In this document: in pieces, positions 13,600-25,600 of the stretch
Layout: each line of letters starts with the position of its first letter
How positions within the stretch are numbered: the stretch's first letter is position 1
Source of the DNA: Takakia lepidozioides
Lineage: Eukaryota > Plantae > Bryophyta
Direction: 5' to 3'
Assembly: GCA_030704615.1 (NCBI GenBank)
Contig: CM060733.1
Span: 71,982,001 to 72,046,000, forward strand
DNA length: 64,000 nt
Notes under the pieces: model-generated
Database searches by the model: none
Told to the model about the DNA's origin: nothing
Seen by the model: the letters and a program-made list of their open reading frames with translations, nothing else
Made by a program: the position numbers and the translations under genes

Positions 13600-13787
13600 C
13601 TAGAGTGGCTCAGTTTGGACTGCAATTTGCAGTTTTCGACTGACTGCTTGTCATATTATTCTTCACCCTATACACATAAGTATATATTCATAGCAAGACT
13701 AGAGTGGCTCAGTTTGGACTGCAATTTGCAGTTTTCGACTGACTGCTTGTCATATTATTCTTCACCTTATACACATAAGTATATATC
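13600..13787. repeat. tandem duplication, ~99-bp period
   Basis: CTAGAGTGGCTCAGTTTGGACTGC...CATAAGTATATAT occurs twice, near-identical. Confidence 0.9.
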
Positions 13788-15204
13788 ATAGCAAATGGAC
13801 TTAGAATGGGTTAGCCACTTACCATATGTACATGTGGGTACAATTATTTTGGAATTTGGATGAAATCTCATGAAGCTATGGACTTTTGTAGGGAATTCCA
13901 ATGGACTGTGACAGTCCATTGGATGTCCCAAATGCCATCTGAAAAACCTATTTGTGCAAAACCAATTCATATATGGACTTTACAACTAGATACACAATGT
14001 TTGAATAGACACAAATATAAATTTGTGAACAATTCCATCCATCCATCAAGACACTATGGACTTTTTTGTTAAAAAAAAACCCCAAAATGACGATTTGTCC
14101 ATAGCATTTTGAAAAATTCATATTTGGGTGGAGATCTTTGCTAAGAATATATATTTTGTTATTGTCTCTAGGAGCTTATTGTTATATGGACAAATTTCAT
14201 AAACTACCAGATAATAATAAATAGGTATTATTTCTAAATAAGAAAAAAAATATTTAAAAAAAATTATAATAAAAAATATCTCAAATATTTGGGATGAGAC
14301 CATTTACTAAAGATGATTAGTATACCATTACCTATGAAGATAAAAATATAATTGAAAAAATATCCTTAAATAAAAGGTGCATTAAGTTTTTCTCATGGAC
14401 TTTCAGTGGAGGGCACATCTGCCACTTTTGAGCCAGTGTAGTCTGCACTTACCCACTGACATCAAAGCCTGTGGCAGCACCAGCTGCACACTTCTAACAA
14501 TATTCTCTAGTGATCCCTGGTGATTCGGTTGAGCATCAGCCCCACTGTTTCCACTCAATGTTGATCCTTCTGTAGATTGCAAAGCAATTAGTGTGTCCTT
14601 GCGGTTTCCATTCTGTGTTCTTACAAATGTTTGCCTTGTTTGATAAGGCAGATGGTCAGGCATCTGGTCCGCAGCTCCCCATGGGCAATGACTCCCGGGA
14701 AAAGGAGGCAGTCTCGTCCTGTGGAAAACATAAGGTCCAAATGGGCTTTTATCGCATAGCCGCTGAGGGTAGAATGCTTCGAGTGCACATGTTCCTTCCG
14801 AGGTTGCACATAAGGGAACTTCAGCCTTGACGGTGGGTCATGGTAGTGGGCCTGACTGCTGTTGTAATGAGCAGCGTTTTGTGTAGGGCGAGGACAAGCT
14901 AAGAATGTAAATTGCATACCATCAGACCTGTGCGAGCAGCAAACCCTTGAATTTGAGCTCTTGAGTAGCTGGGATTGCTGAGAAATGCAGCGATGGAGGA
15001 GCTCACGAACAGTCCGGTCAATATCAATGAGAGTGTAGAGTCGAGATGTAATCAACATACCCATATTGGGGGGCCTCGCAAGGGTGTGGCAGTAGTCGGC
15101 AGGCGGTGCCTCGTGGTGTAGCCTGTTGTGGTTCTGTTGAGTAGCAGGTGCCAGGGAGGGGCACTTCACATAATCTTCTTTCATAACCGTTGTTTGCCCT
15201 AGAC

Positions 15205-15410
15205 CAACTTGCCCATCCTGAGCATATCTTGCGATCATAGCACTCGATGAGATCACATCTGTGTGAGCCATATTATCAAACCCTTGATGTGTAGCATTCA
15301 TACTTCCACAGTACTTTGCATACATGTCAGCGAGGGTGGTCTCCAAAATGACATCACGAGCAGTTCTAGCTTTCAGGATGCAGGCATGGACCTTGTTGCC
15401 CTTATCTGGG
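15205..15410 (-). pseudogene. PLS-class PPR fragment
   Basis: KGNKVHACILK...TTLADMYAKYCGSM...FDNMAHTDVISSSAMIARYAQDG. Confidence 0.75.
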
Positions 15411-16589
15411 ATTCCTAGGCTGGGGTAGCTGTACTGAGCCCAAGGTAGATGCAGAGTGGTTCCCTGTTGTGGAAATGAATTAGAAGTACCGGGGCATATA
15501 TCTGGTTGGGGTTGAATGCATGAGCCGGAAGAAGTTGGGGCAGCCCAGCTCCTTCTCCAGTCGCCGATGGTCTTCGATACCAAGCACGTCGGTTGACAGA
15601 CAGACAGTCGCCACATGCGGGGGTGAAGCTCCCAGGCAGCAAGGGTGGCGGAGAAGGGAAGCAGCGGGGGAAAAACACCTATGAAACACCAAAATCGCCT
15701 GAAGCAGACCAAGGTCATGGGAAGCCTATCCATCCTCCCCGATCTTAAACCAGTGCGGAGTATATGCTAACCATGCATGAAAAGAACATGGTCCAAGGTC
15801 GAATGAAGTCATGTCGTTGTGCGGAGGAGCTTGTAAATATTGCCTTGAGACAGTATCTAGACCAAGGTTGGGGGGCCAGCTTAACATCCGCTTGTGGAGC
15901 AGTACCCGCTTGATCCTGGTGTGGTAGCAGTAGTTGATGGTAGTAGGCCAAACCGAGGTCGACCTTGCCATGAGAACTCTTTGAAGAACTCTGGGAAGAA
16001 GTAACTTTGCAGATTCCAGCTGCAAGAGCTCTGGGAGCTCCAAAGCGGGTGACTTGGCCCTGGATGGCCTTGTTCATGAGAGATTGCTGGCAAGGATATA
16101 TTGGTTGCACTAAAACTTTGCACTGTCGCTTCCATTGAGCTCGTAGCAGTAGGACGTGAGGTTCAGTCATGCGTAGCCGTGTTGGGTCGATACTCTGGAA
16201 CACCGGGGACATAGCTTGAGCTTGCGGACGGATGGACTCCCTGTTATGAACACCCATTGAAAACATGATACTAAGAAACCAGATGAAAGCTATCGAAAGG
16301 TAGCTTAAACGGTGCCTAGGAGAGAGGATGTTCTTGCTAAGCAGGTAGAGGAGGGAAGAGCAGCAAGGCAGCTGCGCGGCAGTGAAGCGAGCATGAGCTT
16401 GTACCATGGCGCCCGAGACGTAGCTAGAGTCTAAGCAAGGGATAAAATAAGCGGCTTTGCTAAATAATGGGGAAAATGAGACGTGATAACTGAAAAGATG
16501 GCAAAACCCTAAGAGTTAGTCATGGTTACGTAAAGCAGCTGAGGATGGCGGCGGGGGAGCGGAGCTCCGCCCCCCATCGAATGACTTGG

Positions 16590-18376
16590 CCCTGTTGGCA
16601 TCTGAAATTTGTCCAGCCAACCACACAGAATTCTGCATGAAGTGTTTCATTCGGGTGTTACGAATGAAGCCTTCAACTTTGAGGTTAGAAATGTACAAGT
16701 AATGGGTCAAGAGGCTGCATGTGAGGATGTGCACCAGCCAATCCAGTCGACGTCCATCCATCTTCTCTCGGGTTTGGGACAATCGCCTCTTCAACTTCGA
16801 GTGGTAGGCCTCAATCCCCGCATTTGTATCTTGGCCAGCATGTGGGATGTTGCGAGTTCCAACCACCCACATGCCTACTTTAGGAATCCACCATGTGTGA
16901 ATGTAGTGGAAAAAATGATGCTGCTGTAGGGTATTTACTTTCTAACTTGTACAATTGGAATACAACCCATGCTTGGGAGGATTGCCCAATGGGACCACCT
17001 TTATTGTACATTATGTCCCCCATACCTTGCAAGACATCGGACCGGAGTTGGGCATCCTTGATTTTTTCTATGGCATTTTTCAACCATGCTTTTCGAACGT
17101 GCCAAAGGCATAGGAAAATGGGCACACTCACAAAGGTTTCTCTGTTGAAACACCGTAAGGAGGCAATCCATGTGACAGATCCCCCTCACTCATCCCCCAA
17201 CCCGATCCCCCAATCTAATCCAGAAAACTGACCCCCCTAGAATACATGTGGCATGCATGGAAGGAATCAGCTAAACCATGCACATGTCATAGGAAGAAAG
17301 GGCAACATGACTGACCCTATGGCATTGATATCGGCATCCGCATCATCGACAATGAATGCATTAGGACGCCAATCCTCTTGAGCAGCCTCCATCCTTTGGT
17401 GAAGTGCAAACATCCAATGGGTCAAATCAGTAGCTTGGTTTCTGGAAGAGATGGTGTATGCAACAAGAGCCACACATGAGCCACACATCGAAGACCATGA
17501 GAGTGTACATGGCGTACTGCATAGAAGGGCCAAATTATGTGAGAATATACATTGTAAAGCACCAGATGATCACATTTTTCCCATTCAATGTATGCTATCC
17601 ATTATCCACATCTTCACCTCATCACTAAGGTGAGGTGCGTGTGCGAAACGAGTATTAGTTGAATCTGAGTCAATGTGGCCATGGCACACCTTGTTAGATA
17701 TGTCAACATGATTCTTCTTGTAGTATGTAATGACAGTAAGAGAAGAATCCAGATAACATCGTCCTATCCTAAACTGACAGAGACAACCCCTCTTGATGGA
17801 TTCTTGCTGAATGACCTTCTTCCGTATCGGCCCCTTATGGTTGTTGTAACAAGCGATGAAGGATCTAGCACACACCCTCTTCGTCCATTTCTTCTCTTCA
17901 AAGAATTCTTATTGACAGGTTTGACATCCGTGCGCTTGTCCTCAGGTCCATAAGAACAATGGAACCTAAACAATTGTAAGAACGTCTAAGTCGGTGGTCT
18001 GGAATACTGGGAGCAGTTCAGAGCATAGCATTTTCACAAAACAGAATAACAAAGAATGCAAAGAAACCGCAAAGGAGAACATAGACTTTATGAGAAGGGA
18101 GCAACTGTTGGCCCTTGGAGCCAACAGGTCGCCATCCTCATGTTTACATACTGTTTTGTTGAAATGAGTGGGTGCCTCTGGCCTTTCTTCCTCCCCTACG
18201 ACAAAATCTTGGATTCTTGTCCAAGAAATGACTGCTACATCTGTATTCACACGATGTCTACCTCCACTTGAAATGGCGGGAGTCCATTGCTTGAAGGGAC
18301 CATCTGGGGGGGTTTGCAAGTTGTTCCGAAGCTGTGACAATAGGAGTGACGTGCGCAACTCTGAAGATCCGCTCAT
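16590..18376 (-). mobile_element. Mutator-like (MULE) DDE transposase / plant SWIM-family gene, intron-containing, 3'-truncated
   Basis: N-terminal CSYGPED...KRGCLCQF...HVD..CHG. Catalytic-type motifs FIVDDAD, LCLWHVRKAW, TNAGIEAYHSKLK. Homology stops at ~16590. Confidence 0.75.
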
Positions 18377-18589
18377 GACACACGACGACCTGCAGGAACA
18401 ATACAACACCAGAAGACACACGCAAGAGCAGCAAACACGCACAGACCTGAGAACAGTAGGAAACACGTGGAAACTTGACAACATTACCAAAACCCTACAT
18501 CGGGATCAATCCCCTCCGTCCATCTCGGAGACCCAACAGGCGGGAGTCTTCTATGACCGTTGGATGAATGCTTGTAATGGACGGCCGAT

Positions 18590-19635
18590 AAAGAGGGGAT
18601 CAGACAGGCAGGGGATCAGCAACAGGCTATGGGGGAACGGTCAGACTGCGGGGGCCGAGGACACGGTCAGGGGATCCTGGCAGGGGGTGGCACGTGGGTA
18701 CGAGGGGGACGGCGGAGATCCCCGGGGCTGGGGGGCCGATCAAAGGAGGGGATCTAGCATGAGCGGGGGACACGGGGCCGACACCAGGGGTCCAGACACG
18801 GATCCAGTAGGACAACAAGGATTGGCTGGCTATGGGGATCAGTGAGCATCGGGGGATCAGTGACACGGGACACAGGGTTGCAGGGGATCGTTGCGATGGG
18901 CGGCACGTGGGCATGAGGGGGACGGCGCAGATCCCCCGGATATGGGGGCTCAGTCACACAAGGGGATCAGCGGGAGCGGGGGTCACGGGGGAACGTCGCG
19001 ATGGGTGCCACGTGGGCCTGAGGGGGGACGACACAGATCCCCCGGGCTGGGGGATCAATCAGACAAGGGGATCAGCAGGAGTGGGGGACAAGGGGACAGA
19101 GGGTCGCGGGGGATCATCGCGATGGGTGCCACGTGGTGTGGGGGGACGGTGCAGATCCCCCAGGGCTGGAGGATCAATCAGACAAGGGGATCAGCAGGAG
19201 TGGGGGACACGGGGACATAGGGTTGCGGGGGATTGTCGGGATGGGTGGCACGTGGGCATGAGGGGGATGGCGCAGATCCTCCGGATATGGGGGATCAGTG
19301 GGAGCGGGGGTCATTGGGACACAGGGTCGCGGGGGAACGTCGCGATGGGTGCCACGTGGGCATGAGGGGGAGGGCGCAGATCCCCCGGGGCTGGAGGATC
19401 AGTCAGACTAGGGGATCAGCGGGAGTGGGGGACACTGGGACACAAGGTCGCGGGGGATCGTTGCGATGGGTGCCACATGGGTGTCGGGGGACGGCGCAGA
19501 TCCCTGGAGCTGGGGGATCAGCGGGAGTGGTGGACACGGGGGTTATGTGTACCAGGGGATCGTCGGCACGTGGATCAGGAAGGGACGGCGGGGATGAAGC
19601 GTGGGAGGGGGATCGGTTTGAAGGGGGGATCATCC
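18590..19635. repeat. GC-rich tandem array, ~110-120 bp period, CACGTG in most units
   Basis: Recurrent GGGTGCCACGTGGGCATGAGGGGGACGGCGCAGATCCCC / GGGGATCAG. Confidence 0.85.
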
Positions 19636-19889
19636 CGGGCTGGCGGTAGTCGGCTGGGTATGCATATCATCTGCATACCCACTCAACTCAGTCGGATATG
19701 AGGCCACGTAGCGACAGAGGGGACGGTGGGGATGTGGCGGAGGAGCGGTAGCGGGCGGGCGGGCGGGCGGGCGGGATTTGGAACAGAACAAACATAAATC
19801 TTTTGGAGTGCTTTATGTATAGGGTGTGGCATTATCCCAAGGGGCTTCCAGTACCGAAGCCCGAGGATAACAAGGACGTTCTCTAGTAC

Positions 19890-20086
19890 GTAAAGGATTT
19901 TGGGGGCAGATTCTGCCTTTTTTGAGGCAAATTAGGAAGCAGAAGATCGAGGCTCCACGGCGCTGGCGCACTCTGCGTTCCTAATTGGCTGTTTGACTCT
20001 CCTAATCGGAAGTTTGACTTTTATTGGTTCATTATGGCCTGCAGCCAAGCAGGGCCTCGCAGAATCTACCCCCAAAATTCCTTTAC
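19890..20086. mobile_element. MITE-like element, ~28-bp terminal inverted repeats
   Basis: GTAAAGGATTTTGGGGGCAGATTCTGC ... GCAGAATCTACCCCCAAAATTCCTTTAC. Confidence 0.6.
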
Positions 20087-20096
20087 TGCAGGAAAT

Positions 20097-20197
20097 GCGC
20101 CCCTTAGGGCGCATTATGGCACCTAGTTCGTCCCTAGGTCTTGGCCTACCGGCCTCGCCCTAGTGCACTAGGAGCCATAATGCGCCCTAGGGGGCGC
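20097..20197. repeat. 101-bp inverted repeat (31-bp arms, 29/31 match)
   Basis: GCGCCCCTTAGGGCGCATTATGGCACCTAGT / ACTAGGAGCCATAATGCGCCCTAGGGGGCGC. Confidence 0.8.
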
Positions 20198-20339
20198 GTT
20201 CTCTAGTACATAATAGTGGGGCATGGACCTCCTTCCCCCTCTCAGGGCTCGCACATGCGTTGAGCACGCCGACGAATGTTACCCTAGTGTTGGGTGTCAC
20301 CCCTTCCAGTTGCATTTGCTCATACATCTTGAGGGGTCC

Positions 20340-21220
20340 CTACCGTATAGCATATCATGCGATCATCGCACTCCATGAGATCACATATCGTTTAGCCATG
20401 TTGTCGAACATCTGATGCGCATCCTTCATGCTACTACATTTGGCATACATGTCAACAATTGTGTTCTCTAAATGATATCTAATCCAATTCCAACTTGGGG
20501 GGCTTATTTATTCAGCTTACTGTACTGTCCCTATTAATTAATATATCTATGGTTCGTGTTTACGTTCTTTTGGGGGCCCTGCGTCTGCAGAGCCCACCAA
20601 TAAGTAGTAAGTAAGGTACTTACTAATAGATACTAGAGTAGTAAAGAGGAGCGCATTCACCTCCCTTATATAGCCTTTCAGGGTGGTGGGCCCGACCCCA
20701 TCAAGCGGTCGTGGAGCCTTCTAGAAGGCCGCTCAGACCCGACACATGTCATTCCCTAATCACCCCTACTCCCATCACTTGGCACCCGTACTCTAACTAC
20801 CCAAATTGGCACCCAAACCATCCGCCACTTAATATCTTTCATCTTTCTATCGTCTTTTTCTTACCCCCTCAACGATATTTATTCAAATCGCTATGTAGCT
20901 TACTATATGCCCCCGCTTTTTAATTCTTGGAGCACTCTCTAATCTTTATACCTAACACAAACCTGGGGCCCTTATTATGATGTCGATATGGACCTCTTTG
21001 CCCTTTTACATAGCTCATTGGCTGGCACAGGCATTGAGAACGCAAGTGAATGTGACCCTGTCAGTTGTTACCCCTTCCCTTTGGATCTGCTCATATATTT
21101 TGAAAGCCTCCTCAACATGCCCACCTTTTGCATATCCTGCCATCATCATGCTCCACGTAAACATCTTTCGTTCAGAGGATTTGTGGAATACTTGGCGTGC
21201 ATCCACCACGCTCCCGCAAA
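20340..21220 (-). pseudogene. PLS-class PPR pseudogene, split by an insertion at 20509-20970
   Basis: FTWSMMMAGYAKGGHVEEAFKIYEQIQREGVTTDRVTFTCVLNACAS...KGKEVH, then IVDMYAKCSSMKDAHQMFDNM...VISWSAMI. Contains in-frame stops. Confidence 0.8.
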
Positions 21221-22673
21221 GAGCTCATATAAGGTGGCTGCACCAATCCCGAATGCTTCTGTCATTTCAGCGGTAGTTGCTGCCTACATCAATTTGTATA
21301 TTACAGCCCCAACCCGCATGGCAAATAAAGCTTTGTGATAGTTAGTGTTCTGCATAGAACTCCAAGGGGCAAGAACATTTCAAAGCCAATTGAAGGTCCC
21401 TGCACTGATTTTCATAATCATGAGCCATTGAACATCATCATACTCCAAGAGAAATTTCCTGAAACCATGCTCGAGATCTATGCTTCACCCACATCCTAGA
21501 TGAAATACAACCTCTGGGCTTGTAAAAACTGATCATGAAGAGAGTGTCAAGGACTGACTACAATCAGCCATGAGATCTAGCATCAGGTTCTTGGGCATGG
21601 CAGCGGGAGCTCGAGCGATGGGTTAGTCGTAGCTAGTTTAGCAGTGGCACCACATGTGGCACTTAGAGAGCACAAAGAAACCAGAAGTTTCACAGAGCCG
21701 TAGTAGAGTAGCGGGGAGTTAGTGGGATTAATGCGAGAGAGCGGAGCTTCGCCCCTTCCCAGAGATAATCCTAAGGGCAAATCATCTTTGCTCGTCAGAT
21801 TTGACTGTCGTGAAGGTCATGCAGGCTTTGGGAAAATTACCGGCACACGAGAGAAGTCTTCATGATTCATGGCTTCATACTACAGAGGAGCCGTAGAGCA
21901 AGATGGGAGGAGATGGGAGGAGATGGGAGGCCAAGAGAGCCGTTGAGAGCCTCGCTAGGTTTTGTACACTGGAGAAGATTTGGGGCCTGCTAACTACAAT
22001 GGCACCAAATTTGTTGTATTTTGAATGCTAATATAGAGCAATGATAGGGCATGTTGGGGTCCTGGACAAAGCATGTCTGAAAATGTTGTGGACTTTTCAA
22101 CTAATCGCAGACCTTAGTCGTTTGTCTGATCGCTAGTCTGGAACCGCCCTAAGTCCGTTTGTGAGCATTGCATATTCAAGCAAGAAGCATCAAACAGCAC
22201 GGCAAGGAGGAGTGATGGACAGATTGCAATCCTAAGGGTTGTTCCGTGATTGGACAGATCGTGGATGAATTCTTTTTTCGTCCATAACCAACGTTAGTCA
22301 TCCACCACATCATTATGGGCTAACATCATGAGCACTAACTCTGTGTTACGATCGCCCACCAGCTTGAGGTCGTCCGACCGTTGAATATTGTATCTACCCG
22401 CTGGATAACTACCATGTTATCCAAGGGGTTTCGATACCTCCTTAGCAAGAAATATTGAAACCGTAGGACAGTGGGTAAGACGTCCGTCGGTCGACGGACA
22501 TGTGGAGGACACGGGTGCTCTCCCCGTGGAGTGAATTTCCCCCTCGCCCCACGGGGATGCTCATGAGAGAGAGGGAGGGAGAGAGAGGAGAGTAGAGATT
22601 TGTAAGAGAGTTGCGTGGGAGGATTTAAGGGAGGGGATCTGGCAATTTAGCTGGAATAATTTGGGGTTTGGGT

Positions 22674-25600
22674 ATGGAGTCTCTGATCTTCCAGGTTGGT
22701 TCCGTGGGCCACCATAGCTATGCCCTTCGACCCTGCCAAGTGCTTGGAGGCTTTGGGCTGCAGAGTCGAGCGCGGACAAGTGTTGTGATACACAGGGTTT
22801 CCAGGGGTGCGCGGGGAAATGGTGACGACAGGATCCAAAACGCCGGATTTTTTCGGATGGCGCAAGCTCAAGCTTCCAGCGTGCATCGTCGGAGCCGAAG
22901 GAGTGCAGGTGCATATCTTGTTTTTTAACATGCTCATGCATCTGGTGGATGTTTTTGCTCTTTCGTGCTGCATACGATTCATTCCATGGAGGCATTTAAG
23001 GTTTGCATTATGCTTATCGGGACTACGAATGCCGACTTTGGCTATAAGCCCCACGCACGGTTTAGATGGTACAGATAGAAGAGAAAGAGACGTTAAAACC
23101 TGCCTTCGTGTTTTCGAACGTGAAGCCTACGGGATTTAATTTCCAGTACGATAAGCGACACTGGTCCGCGCTCGCGCCCACACCGCACACAGCTGGAGGG
23201 AGAATTGATATTGTGCGGGCCTAGAGGGGGGGTGCGGGTCTCTCTGTATATTTGCGAATAAGCTGGGTCCTATGTTTCTGAGCATACGGGTATGTCATTT
23301 CGAAAGTTGATGGACCTTAATAAGTGTCTATCGTTTGCATTCTCCTAGTGACGTTGTTACTTTCAAGGGGGAGGATTCTCTTTATTTCTCCAGGGATGAT
23401 AGAAAGCAGGATGATGGAAAATTACATGCACAGGATGCCTAAGGCCTATTTTGTACATAAAAAGAATTATAGAAAGCCCCAAATGTTTCTTGGAGTCTGA
23501 GTGCCAGCTCAATGTCTCTGGCAAGGATGAACCATCCCCTAAAGAACAACAGTAGTAGCTTCCTCTGATATCTTGCCAAATACAAACTATGTGTTGTCTC
23601 CCACTTCTTGGATGGGTACATACTCAGAAAATTCTAGCCATACAAAGTGTGCCATTCCATCTGCCTGTTCTCAAGCTGTAGGATGTGGGAAATGACCTGG
23701 AAGGTGCCCAAAGTTGAACTGGGGTTGAACTGGGGAATTGGTTTGAGCTGGCTTGCTGCATGTAGCTTTCTGAGATCCCCTTTGACTATCCTGTCCTGCT
23801 CTGACATCTTGTGGCAGATGAATGTGTCCGTAGATAAACCTTGTCCTCCAAGGAATTCTGCCATTATTTGGAACCTTTATGGCAGTGATCCACCTTTGCC
23901 GATCTTTCATCACGGGAAAACACTCGCAACTAATCTGCCAGTGAGAGGAAAAGGTAGTTTCAGGTTTGAACAGACACTTGTCCTCTAGTCATTGAACCTC
24001 GGCAATGCAATCAGGCTTTGGTGGCCTCTTGTGGATGTGATAGGCCCAGAGCAGCGGGAGGTGGTCTTGGAGGGAGAGAACAAGCTGGCTGAAACCACTG
24101 AAAGTGCATCTGTTGGAGTAGGGCCTGCCTCCTCATACGTGTCAGTCTCATCCTCATCATGCTTTCTGCTCTCTTCTGTGCTTTCTTCAGTGCATGTCTT
24201 CATTTTTAACTTTTCTCTGTGAACATGTGTTGGTCCTACAAGTTTGATTGAATCCTGGTGTAAGGAACATGGGTTGGCGTTTTAATTGGACAGCATCTGT
24301 TTGTGTCGAGCCTTGATTCTGTTAGCCTTCTACCTTAACAGGTATGTGATACATGTGGCTGCAGTTGCATTGCCAGTCACCTTGTGATGAGAAATTGCAG
24401 ATGAGACTGTAGCAGCAGCAGTAGCTAGTTCGTGTTCACTGGCAGGGCAGAATTGGGCAAATCTGCAAGGATTCCAAAAGAGCCTGTAACGTGATGAGAG
24501 CATGTTGTGTTCGGTAGATCTTGAGTTTCTAGGGCAGCTCATCAAATGCTCAGTGGATTTTGAGTTTCTGGGACAGTACTAACAACACTGATGTCAGAAT
24601 ATGTTGATTTTCCAACCTTGGGGAACTTTTTTGCAGAGGGTCACCATTATTGTGGGTGGGTGTTGGAGTGGGTATCTCGGCATTGTTCTCATTTGTAAGT
24701 TATTATTGACTCGTAATTTGCCTCTTATCAATTACCGGGAAAGTAGTCAGACCTGCTAGCTTCACTCACTAACTCACTTTCTCAACAATGGAAGTGCCTG
24801 TCTCTGGTTTTGAATTTGTTCACCACCTTATTTACAATTGATGAAATAAACTGACAGGTTTGGATTGTGGTTTGTGGCTTGTGTGCTGGCACGCAGGCAG
24901 CCAATAGTGTAAAAGTAAGCCACTGTTGAACTCTGCCAATTACTTAATGTTGTCATCTCTCTCTATCTCTCTGGAGAGTGCATACAGGGGTAACACCCCA
25001 GACCAAATATTGTGAAACCTACACCTCGACCACCACAACTTGACAAGGCACGAAAAGCTGGTGTTAGGCTAGTGGGTGGAGAAACACACCAAGACGAACC
25101 ATTGGAGAGTGATTGAGCTAACGAAAGGAACCCCAGCCCAAAACAGGGAAAAAGAGGTGGAAGCTACAGACACCAGTACTTGACCCACAATGCAAGAGAG
25201 GGCTGCTGAGGGGAAGTATACGGCACTTCGAAGTAGGGAGGCCAACTCAGCCAGTGACTAAGTACTCAAGAACCCAAGGCGACAGCTTGGATTGAAAGTA
25301 TCCAGGAATACAAGTACGCACTCCTTGTGGTGGAGAAACAGCCAGCAGAGATGCCTTCCAGTTTCATCCAACCAGTCATGATTGGTAGAGAGCTGCAGCA
25401 CCTAACAGTTGATGATCTAACAAGAATGTACCCATGGTCTTTTGAACCAAGAGAGCAAGCCCTGGAATTTTTTTTTTTTTTCTATTTTTTCACATGCCTC
25501 AATGTTGTCTTCAGTCACATGTCTACAAGACAGAAAAAGTAATGGGAGATCTTGCGGTTATGTCTCCTGCCGTGTTTCTGTTTGCCCACCTTATGAACTT

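Noticed and set aside
18168-19701. Gly-rich ORFs
   Set aside because: They derive from the GC-rich tandem array.
23439-23990. ORFs in TIC40 intron 1
   Set aside because: Possibly an old LINE remnant, but no diagnostic motif.
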